Source: Diplonema japonicum (Eukaryota; Protista; Euglenozoa: Diplonemea). Taken from it: a DNA stretch of 64,000 nucleotides. Made by a program: the position numbers and the translations under genes. Of the stretch, positions 11,041 through 20,252 are shown piece after piece (position 1 is the first letter of the stretch; every line of letters starts with the position of its first letter). Below the pieces are notes generated by a model, which was given only the letters and a program-made list of their open reading frames with translations, did not search any database and was not told the origin of the DNA. The DNA is taken from positions 62,001 to 126,000 of the forward strand of contig OZ025718.1 of assembly GCA_964019335.1 (NCBI GenBank), written 5' to 3'.

Positions 11041-11154
11041 ATCACACTTGACTTTTCTTTTCTTCTCCTCATTTGATCCCCGCCGGGTTCAAGTGTTTGG
11101 GATATAAAAAAAAAGTGGCAGGCAAGAACAACCTCCTGTGGCCTGTCAACACCT

Positions 11155-12831
11155 TCAACACGACGACGCGGCGTACAGGATGTCCATGGTGGTCATGCCT
11201 AGCTTGTAAACGAATTTTCGAGCGAAAGGGATCGCCATCATGCTGTGGCCGTTGGCCGCCAGCTGTGGGGCATGGATGCACATGCCGAGCACGCCAGGTA
11301 TGATGAGAAGCAGGGTCCCAGTGCTCGACGCGAAGGCAGGGAGGCCAATGGTGTGCCCCCACTCCCCGGAGAGGGTCCCCAACCCATTTGTCGAGGCGAC
11401 ATGCATCAACGCCTTCACGGTGTCGAAGGACAGCAGCTTCTCATTCGTCATTGGGCATGCCCCATAGTTACACAGCGTTGCTGCCATAATCGCCATGGAC
11501 GAGACGTCGCCGGCCAGTGACAGAGCCTGCATGTAGGCGTCGGTCACATCACGCACACCGGCTACGCTTTGTTTTGTAGCGTAGCAGTCGTTGGAAGCTA
11601 GGAAGTGCGCAACAGCTTCGTATTTGTAGGAATCCTGAACAAGTTTTTCGTATGTAGCCTTGTCCTGTTTGAACGCGTGCCCCCCTGAAGCCCTTGACAA
11701 GAACTCAGCGTAGCCTTCGAGGTCCATCATCAGAGACATCAGCAGTATCGCCCCGCTTGTACACGCTGCGTTGTGAGGTATCTTCTTTTCGGACAGAACA
11801 AACGAATTCTCGTTGGTATTCGGCACCTGATCCACATACTGGTGGACGTACTCAGGCTTCAACATATTTAAGCAGTACGCGTATGCAAAGAGGTGGGAAA
11901 CCGTGTCCAGGTGAAGAAGCTGTTCGCCATAGGTGGCCTGCTGCCCCTGAGCCGTGCACAACGAGAGATAAAAATCAGACCCGTCGCCTCCGGTTTCTTT
12001 GATGACCTCAGACATAAGCGATTGGATCACTTTGTTGAGGTTCACCCATTGGGCGATGCTTGTGGAGCTGCAGCACAGCTCGCGGACGAGGTGGCAGGGC
12101 GCATCGTTGTCGAAGAAGACAGAAAGGTCGTGAACGTTGATGGTCGTACTGCCACAAAACTTCTTCATGGCATCTAATGTGGAATCTAAGCTGTACGAGG
12201 ACCGCCTCTCGGGGTCACGGTACACATTGTTGTCGGCCGGTTCCTTGTCTTTGCCACACGCTAGGATGGTATTGCCCACATACGTCGTCTTCGAGCAGTC
12301 TAAACCGTACATCTCGTACATGTAGGAGTAGACTGCATACAGGCTCACACGCGGGCCCTCCACACGTGCGTATGTTACCAGATCGTTCATGAATCTTCTT
12401 GCAGTTGCGAGCCTTCTTGGTGAGGATATTTGAGAGCTGAGGGACACCCGCCTTGGGGCTCCAGTTTCGAGAAGCTGTGTCGCGAGGTTATGTTGTAAGT
12501 ATTTTGTGGCTAGTTTGGCCGGGGTGTCCCCATTGTTGTCCCTGTGAGATGAGTTCGCGCCCGCCTGCAGCAAGTACTCCGTCATGTTGGTGTTCCCCGC
12601 CCTCGCAGCTGCGTGCAGTAACGTTCTCTCTCCCTCGTCCTTCGCGTTGACGTCTCCGCCTGATGCGATCCATTTCTCCACTGCGCCGATGTTGCCTTCC
12701 TGCGCGGCCATCATCGTGGCGTGCAGATCCGCACTGTTCTTCGATTTCCCATCGCTGATGACTATCTTAGGTGGTCTCTTCTCGTTCTTCTCCCCGGCTG
12801 TAAATCCAGTTTGCGACGCCCCGCATCCCAT
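11155..12831 (-). CDS. Ankyrin-repeat plus glutaminase-fold protein with N-terminal acylation motif, likely catalytically inactive
   Basis: MGCGAS; ankyrin repeats RTLLHAAARAGN and GDTPAKLA; glutaminase motifs PHNAACTSGAI, MAATLCNYGACP and SGEWGHTIGLPA. Confidence 0.85.
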   Translation of the reverse strand: MGCGASQTGFTAGEKNEKRPPKIVISDGKSKNSADLHATMMAAQEGNIGAVEKWIASGGDVNAKDEGERTLLHAAARAGNTNMTEYLLQAGANSSHRDNNGDTPAKLATKYLQHNLATQLLETGAPRRVSLSSQISSPRRLATARRFMNDLVTYARVEGPRVSLYAVYSYMYEMYGLDCSKTTYVGNTILACGKDKEPADNNVYRDPERRSSYSLDSTLDAMKKFCGSTTINVHDLSVFFDNDAPCHLVRELCCSSTSIAQWVNLNKVIQSLMSEVIKETGGDGSDFYLSLCTAQGQQATYGEQLLHLDTVSHLFAYAYCLNMLKPEYVHQYVDQVPNTNENSFVLSEKKIPHNAACTSGAILLMSLMMDLEGYAEFLSRASGGHAFKQDKATYEKLVQDSYKYEAVAHFLASNDCYATKQSVAGVRDVTDAYMQALSLAGDVSSMAIMAATLCNYGACPMTNEKLLSFDTVKALMHVASTNGLGTLSGEWGHTIGLPAFASSTGTLLLIIPGVLGMCIHAPQLAANGHSMMAIPFARKFVYKLGMTTMDILYAASSC

Positions 12832-13010
12832 GAAAATCTGAAAGACAGTGTTTTTATTTTTTTATTTTTCCTTCACAACTATGAAGCGTATGTAGCTATA
12901 ATCTTTTTCAAATCTTTTGTTGAAGCTGCCTTGCTGGAAAGGAAAGCGGCTAAAAAAAAAAAAAAAGAAAAAAAAAGGAGGTTGGAAAGGTGGCCCCCTC
13001 CCATCTTTTT

Positions 13011-15527
13011 TTATTGTTTTCGTTTATCCTGCCGCCGCTTGAAGTGTAGCACCCTCTGCACGAGGTCGTCGATGCTCTCCTCGAAGTCGTACATGAGGTC
13101 GGGCATGGAAATCACCTCTGTCAAGCTGGGCCCGATGGCGGAGTTGACCCCTGCCTCGATGAGATCCTTGGTGGTCTCGTTCTCTATCTCTTCAGGGTTG
13201 TTGGCTTGTTCGAAGTAAAAGTCATCCTCTATCTGGTGCCACAGCCTGTCAATGTACTGGTCGCCAAGCAGCGTGAAGACCTCTACCCCCATGAAGGACT
13301 TCAGCTTCTCCTTGATGACCAGGCCTTCCGATTCACACTTGTCCAGTTCTTGGTTCATGTGATGCTGGTATTTCTCCATGTTGATGAGAGCTTTCTCCAA
13401 CAGATGGCCTCTGGACTTTCGTTTCAACGACAACCGCAAGGCTGCGATGAGGTTCTCGGGTTGAAGGGTTTTGATCATGTTCTCCTTGAAGCGCTGCACA
13501 GAGATGTGGAAGGGCACTTTGACACCGTCATTGCAAGTCTTAGAGAAAGCTTCGCTTATGATGGCGATGATGAAATTCAGCAGCAGGAAGAGCGCTAACA
13601 CGCAGTATGTCCAGAAGAACAGACCTGCGAGGAAACGGTTTTCCCTCCTGAGCGCCTCGTAGTCGAAGTCGCCGAGAAGCATTCGCATGAGCGTCGAGTA
13701 CGCTGCGTTGATGTTACGAAAGCCAAACAAAGCGCCTCCGAATAATGTGTGCCCTGCGATGGCATATGCGAAGACGCTCCAGGCGAAGAGTAACAAGACA
13801 CCGACTACCTTGTCCTTCGCCTTCCCCATCGTCGCGGTGAGGATGTTCAGCTTGTCGTTCAGCTGGCAGTACTTCAGAATTTTCAAAAAGGACAGCACAA
13901 TGTTCAAACTGTTCGCGTATATCTGCGACATGTACAAATCCTTCAAGTAGTCCAAGTCCGGAGGGTACTCCAAGACAGGGAATGCCGTCTTATTCGTCTT
14001 CTTCGAGACGTCCCACCATGCCCACCGCAGCCCGAACACTGCTAGAAGGATGGTGATATTCGCAAATTCCAATATCTGCCACGCACCGCCATCGTCAAGA
14101 AAGAACGCCAGCCTCCTCCCTGTCCTCTTGAACGAGCTGCGCCAGTCGAATATAAAAGAGCCCAGCATGTACAACACGAAGACGAAGAAGAAGAAATCAT
14201 AGATCGTCTGGCCAATGTTCTGCGAATAGGTCCACATTTTGAACGTTCTGAACTGGAACCCAGGCAGGACGACGCCAGAGGGACCGATCTCGATGAATAG
14301 TTTCACCGACACGTACGAGTCGTGCTGCGCGGTGTACACAAAGTACTCTACAGATGCAAACCGGCTCTGTACTTCGTCGATGAACCTCGCCTTCGGTTCC
14401 GTTTCAAGCTGCCCCCACCCGTCTCCTCTCAGCACGTTCATGACTTCCTGCACTGTGGTGCATGATGTATTGAAGGGGATGTCTACATGGTACCCCCCAC
14501 AGTGATATACATCCATGTCCCCCAAGATGTACGTCCCGCCAGCTATCTCACCACACGAGGTCCATGCGTACAGTCTGTTCGCCTCCTTGTACCGCAGCAG
14601 GTACGGCACCAGTGGATTAGATACGTTGAACCGCAAGCTTGTCTCCTCCGCGCTACCCGAAAACCCTCCAAGACAGTTGATGCATGTCACCTCGCACTTC
14701 TCCGTGTAGACGTTGGTGGTGTTGGTTGTTTGGTTGCGGAGGGGTATCCAGCCTGCCACAGGTCCTGCGATCCGAGCCATGCGGTCGGTCGTTTCGACAA
14801 TTTGGATCTTGGTTCCGACTGGGAGCAGGGCCACGAAAAGGCTGTTCTCATTGAAGTCATTCGTGACGACGACACCCTCGTTGGGACGGATGGAGGAACA
14901 GTCCCGCGTACTGCCCACAGCTTCGAGCACAGGGGGCACCCAGAGCTCACCTTCTGGGATGTCGGGGCAGAGCGGGGGCGGGGGCTGGCCTTTCTGGCGG
15001 AACAACTGATCATCCGGAGAACACGAATGTCTATTAGCACGTAACGAGCGTATGCGGAGAGCACCTAAAAGATAGTTCTGACCTTGTTGGGTTGGTATAG
15101 GGACTGCGTCGAGAGAGGAAGACGAGCAAGTCCACAGGTTGGGGACCAGTACATGCTCCAGCCAGTCGTAGAAGTCGTCGATGACAGCGATGTCTTCAAA
15201 TGTCTTAGTTACCTCCCTGTCGGACCTCTCGCCCTTGCTGCCCTGGTGTGTAATTTCGTTCCCGAGGACCCTGTCCCGCAGCACCCTGCCGATGTAGTAG
15301 TCATTCTCCACGTCGCGTCCTGCAGTAGCGAAGAATACAAACATGATCAAAAACGGTGCGAAAATGATCCCCTCCCTAACAAGCTTGTGGTGGTACACCT
15401 TGTTCGAGACGAACTTGATCACAAACGTCAGCGGTATCCCATCCGACAGCGTGAGGTCCCCCAACGACGCAACCTCGTTCTCTTCCTCGTTGTCCTCGTG
15501 CAGTTTGTCCTCATTTGCGTTCCACAT
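13011..15527 (-). CDS. Polycystin-2 (PKD2/TRPP)-like cation channel
   Basis: S1, a large TOP domain (DFYDWL, NYLLGALRIRSLR), S2-S6, pore TLMRMLLGDFDY, LLNFIIAIISEAF. Confidence 0.93.
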   Translation of the reverse strand: MWNANEDKLHEDNEEENEVASLGDLTLSDGIPLTFVIKFVSNKVYHHKLVREGIIFAPFLIMFVFFATAGRDVENDYYIGRVLRDRVLGNEITHQGSKGERSDREVTKTFEDIAVIDDFYDWLEHVLVPNLWTCSSSSLDAVPIPTQQGQNYLLGALRIRSLRANRHSCSPDDQLFRQKGQPPPPLCPDIPEGELWVPPVLEAVGSTRDCSSIRPNEGVVVTNDFNENSLFVALLPVGTKIQIVETTDRMARIAGPVAGWIPLRNQTTNTTNVYTEKCEVTCINCLGGFSGSAEETSLRFNVSNPLVPYLLRYKEANRLYAWTSCGEIAGGTYILGDMDVYHCGGYHVDIPFNTSCTTVQEVMNVLRGDGWGQLETEPKARFIDEVQSRFASVEYFVYTAQHDSYVSVKLFIEIGPSGVVLPGFQFRTFKMWTYSQNIGQTIYDFFFFVFVLYMLGSFIFDWRSSFKRTGRRLAFFLDDGGAWQILEFANITILLAVFGLRWAWWDVSKKTNKTAFPVLEYPPDLDYLKDLYMSQIYANSLNIVLSFLKILKYCQLNDKLNILTATMGKAKDKVVGVLLLFAWSVFAYAIAGHTLFGGALFGFRNINAAYSTLMRMLLGDFDYEALRRENRFLAGLFFWTYCVLALFLLLNFIIAIISEAFSKTCNDGVKVPFHISVQRFKENMIKTLQPENLIAALRLSLKRKSRGHLLEKALINMEKYQHHMNQELDKCESEGLVIKEKLKSFMGVEVFTLLGDQYIDRLWHQIEDDFYFEQANNPEEIENETTKDLIEAGVNSAIGPSLTEVISMPDLMYDFEESIDDLVQRVLHFKRRQDKRKQ

Positions 15528-15664
15528 TTAAAAAAAAAAAAAAGAAAATGTGGGATCTGTGAATTGATGCTAAAGAGAAAAAACCACTTTTATTTACCAA
15601 CCAAAAAAGGAAAAAAAAAAAAAACAGACTACGTGTAAACAAACTCAACTCCTTCAACTCAAAA

Positions 15665-16792
15665 TCAAAACAGATCGTCCTTTGGCTCGGTCAGCAGCGT
15701 GATAAGCCCAGCCACAGCTTTCTCAGGATTCGTGAGGGGGATGGCATGTCCCGCTTGCAACGGCATGAAACTACACCTCTTTCCGAGCAAGCTGTGCACG
15801 GTGCTGGAGAGATGGTAAGGATTAGTCATGTCCTCCTGTCCCCACAACAACAGCGTCTTGATGTGCGGCATGGCACCGACAGCCTTGAAATGGTGAAGCA
15901 TGTCTTCAAGCGGGAAGTGTAACAATGTCGACAGCAACGAAGGTAAGAACGCCGTGTTGAGGTCTTGCAGTTCAAGGTGCTCCTGCGAAGCTTCGGGGAG
16001 AAGCTGGCTAGTAAGGCTGCCCTTGAAAGCCGTGTAAAGCGAAAGAAGAGTGGAACTAAAAGGGAGGGAACCTAACTGAGAAACATAAGCAGGAAGACAA
16101 CCCGGAGCACCTAACGGAGAAATCAACATAAGACGGCTAACCAGCCCTGGGTAAGCTGCCGCAAATCCAACCGCAACAGAGCCTCCAAGCGACGCCCCAA
16201 CTAATGTGAGCTTCGGGGGTGCTTCTACATGCCTTCGAACTCCAGGAGGCGGTAGAGGCGTTGTGAGCTTTTCTATCAGCCCAATATCTTCCAAAACTGC
16301 TTTTACTTGATCAACATGAAAAGCAAGGTTATGGGGACGAGGGTTGGCTTGGTGAGCTGCAGGGTGGCTTCTTCCCCTTCCTAAAAAGTCAATAGATACT
16401 ATTTGTAGCCTTTTTTTATGCGGTTGCTCCAACAGCCAATCGGTAAATCTCTCCCACACGAAACTGTACCCCACCAGCCCGTGCAGTAACACCACCACCT
16501 CACCCGGGCCCTCGTCGCCCCTGACTGTGTAGAACAGTTTCCATTCCTTTCCCTCCAACCACCTCCCTCCTACGGGAAATCCCCCGTCCCCGTTGATCTC
16601 ATCTAACACCCCAGGTTCGTTGCTGCATATGGCCACCGCTTGCGTTTCTAAGACGCCACCTCCTCCCCCTCCTGTCTCCACGGTGTGCACGCCCACCCCT
16701 TTCTCTACCGTCAGTTCATCTTTTTTAACATCGAATATCTCCCGCAGGTCTGTCTTTCTCTCCCTGATACACGGTGTAAGGAAATGCCACAT
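15665..16792 (-). CDS. Alpha/beta hydrolase
   Basis: VVLLHGL, DFLGRGRS, nucleophile elbow GASLGG, LLWGQED, AGHA. Confidence 0.9.
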   Translation of the reverse strand: MWHFLTPCIRERKTDLREIFDVKKDELTVEKGVGVHTVETGGGGGGVLETQAVAICSNEPGVLDEINGDGGFPVGGRWLEGKEWKLFYTVRGDEGPGEVVVLLHGLVGYSFVWERFTDWLLEQPHKKRLQIVSIDFLGRGRSHPAAHQANPRPHNLAFHVDQVKAVLEDIGLIEKLTTPLPPPGVRRHVEAPPKLTLVGASLGGSVAVGFAAAYPGLVSRLMLISPLGAPGCLPAYVSQLGSLPFSSTLLSLYTAFKGSLTSQLLPEASQEHLELQDLNTAFLPSLLSTLLHFPLEDMLHHFKAVGAMPHIKTLLLWGQEDMTNPYHLSSTVHSLLGKRCSFMPLQAGHAIPLTNPEKAVAGLITLLTEPKDDLF

Positions 16793-17291
16793 TTTTTTTT
16801 TCTTTTTGGATTTTTTTTTTTTTTTTTTTTTTTTTGTATGGTTTAAAAAAAAAAACCTGGTAGAAAAAGAGATTCAAAATCTTTTTTTTTTTGAAAAGAA
16901 ACTGGTCGTTGTTTGTACGTGCCGGCTCATCCGGCAGCTCATGACGAAAGTTGGTGTGGTTGTGGTTGGACAGTTGCCCGCGAAAGAAATGGAAGTGTGC
17001 AGAGCAGGGATAGAGTACACACACCTTTCAAAATCCCAGGCTTCGACGAAATGAAGGGGATGTCTGCAGGCAGATGTTCACTTGAGAACAAAAAGAAAAT
17101 AGAAGAAGAAAAAAATAGAAGCAGCGTCCCCCCCCCCCTTTTTTTCTTTTTCTATTTGAAAAAAAAAACGTGAAAAGGGGAAAGAAATACAATTATTATC
17201 AACACAAGGCGATATGAGGGGGGGGGGGGGGAGATCTTTCTAATCAGCTTGCATGCTTGAATCCTGCGGGGGTGTCGTCTTCAAAGAAAAA

Positions 17292-17338
17292 AAAAAGATG
17301 TCTTTGAAGGGAACCTGCAGTATGTGACAGGATCGCCT
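17292..17338. repeat. 47-bp dispersed repeat, identical to 49212-49258
   Basis: AAAAAGATGTCTTTGAAGGGAACCTGCAGTATGTGACAGGATCGCCT occurs at both sites. Confidence 0.9.
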
Positions 17339-17390
17339 GAAAAAAGCAGGGGGGTCAGCAGCCCTATGTGTTTTCCTCAAACGCCGAACG

Positions 17391-17426
<36 letters not shown>

Positions 17427-17471
17427 AAGAAAAAGAAATGTATACAAGTACAACAATATGACGAGATAACA

Positions 17472-19077
17472 CTAAGAGCCTTGAAGCACGGATTTCACAA
17501 CAGTATCGAGGAGGAGGAGCTCGTGGGCTCCGACAACATGTGCTGGGCATGCACTCGGGTGTATAATGTTGAAGGCAGTTAAGAGGCGTCGAATACAGGG
17601 AGCAGGGAGGGAACACGGAGGGTCCTGTAGCTCTTCAAAGGTGACGAAGTTGAGGTGTTCTTTCTTGCGTATCGATAAGTCTTCGAGCCTTTGTATCTCT
17701 TCCTGTGTCATTCCAATCTGCGCAAGTTGTGAACGGAAGTCCTTCGCTGAGGTCCCTTCACTCTTCAACCCTTCTAACCTAAGGTTTTCTTCCAGCCTCA
17801 GGTTCTCCTCCACTACATTACCCTTTTCTGTCACCAGGCCATCCACCAACATCATCAGCTCTTCGATCTTCACCTCGTCTTTTGCCCGCTCGTTTTCCAG
17901 GTCCTCTAATTGTTTTGTCAGCACCTTTACCTCCTCTTGCAATGCCTTTGCTTCCACATTCGCTCCAGCACCTCCAGGCGGGCCATGGCCAATGAACGAC
18001 ACCTTTCGTTGCCGGTCCTTAGATAAAAATTCTTTTTTGTATTCCTTCTACCATACATCATTGGGCGACATTGGAGGCGTTCGCAGTTTGTTCAACGAAA
18101 CGCTCTTTTCCATCTCTTGGTTCCGCGCGCGCAGTCCTTCCACTTCATAAGTTAAGGTTTGCAGCTGTGTGTAATGTGTTTTCTTTGTTGCTATCCTTCT
18201 CCCTTTATACCTGTTCATCCATCAAACTGTTGACGGCACGAAGCACCACAAAATGATCCTCCAGATCCTTGTTCCATTTCTCGTGTGCTTGTAGATGCTT
18301 CTTAAGGACATTCACATCGTCGCTATACTTCGGCTGGTCAGCGTCTTCACCAGCTAGGATACTGGGTTTTTCAGGATAGTCCAGCTTAAGGTCAACTCCC
18401 GCGGTTTGAGATGCTGGGTTCTGAGGTTGTTCGGCGGGGGTGACAGGAGAAGCTGGGGGGAAAGAAGATGTTGCGGAGCGCTGTTGTAGCGGTGTGCTGT
18501 GAGACCGCTTCCCGGGGTTAGCAGATTTATATCGTGATAGAGATTTTGTGGGGGACTGGAAGACAGAGCCCGACCCAGCAACGAGCTTCCCCTTCTGTTT
18601 GAGGTTCACAGATGGCGAATCGTTGACAATCCCATCCCAGAACTGCGTGTGGGGTTCCCTGTTGTCGTCATCCACTCGCAAGTCTTGCACGACTTTGATG
18701 AAAGACATGGCGACATCGAGATAACCTGCACCAAGCTTTGCATGCGAAAACAGAAGAAGCTCGTCCTTCTCAGTAGGGACCATCACCAGGACCCTGATGG
18801 CCTTCCCTGACTTGTGTGAGTACTCCTGCCATCTTATCCGGGTTACCCTCTTCAGGTCCTGATACCTGCGCACCTCGCCGTTCATGGCTGTCGTGATGAA
18901 CTTCTTCTCATTCACGACCACCACCCTGTTTTGTATCAAACCCCGTGAGCTTATCTTCTCCACCTCGCTGCAAAACAGTGCCATCACATCCTCAGGCTTG
19001 CCGAAGGACTGCGGGAGACATGCGGGGTAGGTTTCGATGTACGGGAGGCCTGTCGCTTCATTAATTCCCAAGGACAT
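17472..19077 (-). CDS. Hypothetical protein: PH/TH1-like N-terminus, coiled coil, SAM-like C-terminus; introns 18165-18210 and ~18018-18056
   Basis: Two GT-AG mini-introns join ORFs 18205-19167 and 17472-18002 in frame through exon LQTLTYEVEGLRARNQEM. Domain names are by eye. Confidence 0.7.
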
Positions 19078-19163
19078 ACCCTCCCCTCCCCCCTCCCCTG
19101 TGATGCGATGCGAATGGTAAACAAAGTGAATGAATACAAATAAAGTATACAGGAAAATTTGGT

Positions 19164-20000
19164 TCACAAAGAAGTGAACTTATCTACCTCTTGTTGGAGG
19201 GTGGCGATCTCTGTGTTGATTTCTCGAAGGACGGTGTGGAGGGGTTCGGGGTGGGCATGGGGGTAGATAAGCGACTGTGAAAGCTGCTGTGTGAGGAAGC
19301 GGAGGGTGCTAGTTTGGGATGCCCTGTCTCGTTGGAGTCCTGTGAGCTCTTCTTGTAGTTTGTTCTGCGCTGCTTGAAGAGACAGCTCAGTGGCTGCCCT
19401 CAGTCGTGAGAGAACTTGCTCTGCTTCGCGCTGTTTCGTTGCAAGATCTGCAACCTTTTTCGACGACGCCTCTGCTTGCGACATGGCAGCGCCAACCTCT
19501 TGGTGCACATCGAACACAGCCTTTCCCAACACATCCAGCCGGTGCTGCCCCGGGTCAGGGTGCTGACTGTTATCTAATCTATCTTGCCTTGCTTCTCTGT
19601 CCAATTCCATCCGTAGCTTTTCAACTTCTAACTGGGTATGCCTTGCCCGTTCCTTCTCTGTCCGTAGGTCTTCAGCCATACCGGTGAATGCGCTCTTTGC
19701 ATCTCTCCGTAGGCTTGCTAGCTCCCTCTGTAGCCCTGCCACTCTTCTCCCTGTACCTTCCCTCTCGCTGTGCACGCCTTCCTTTAATGCGCCTAGTAGG
19801 TTCACCAGACTCCCATTCTCTTCACCAACATCTCTTGCAAACTGCTCGGCTTTATACACCTCAGCCTTTAGACTCTTATAGTTTTGCAGGACTTCTCGTG
19901 CCCTTTCCTTTACAATCGGTGAGTCGATATCTCGCAGTGCATCGTACAGTTCTCCAGTGCTGGACTCGCTCGGCTGGTACCCACTGTACCCTCGGCTCAT
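19164..20000 (-). CDS. Hypothetical coiled-coil protein
   Basis: Heptad-rich ORF. ATG 20000 follows a CACAG acceptor-like site. Confidence 0.75.
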   Translation of the reverse strand: MSRGYSGYQPSESSTGELYDALRDIDSPIVKERAREVLQNYKSLKAEVYKAEQFARDVGEENGSLVNLLGALKEGVHSEREGTGRRVAGLQRELASLRRDAKSAFTGMAEDLRTEKERARHTQLEVEKLRMELDREARQDRLDNSQHPDPGQHRLDVLGKAVFDVHQEVGAAMSQAEASSKKVADLATKQREAEQVLSRLRAATELSLQAAQNKLQEELTGLQRDRASQTSTLRFLTQQLSQSLIYPHAHPEPLHTVLREINTEIATLQQEVDKFTSL

Positions 20001-20252
20001 GGTGCCTGCTGTGAATGAAGACCGTACATCAAAACCATCAATTGAGAGAGCAATAACTAAAACTGGACACACAGAGTAACTGAGACAGAACCTGGAAGCT
20101 TATGCCTTCTTCTTTTTTTATTCTTTTCTTCTTTTTGGTTTAATTCTTTTTTTTTTTTTTTTTTTTTTTTCTAACGTTCTCTTCGCTTCGAAGGGCAGGG
20201 TCAGGGGGGGTGACAACAAAAGCTGATTCTAAAAATGTAGCGGCAAAAAAAG

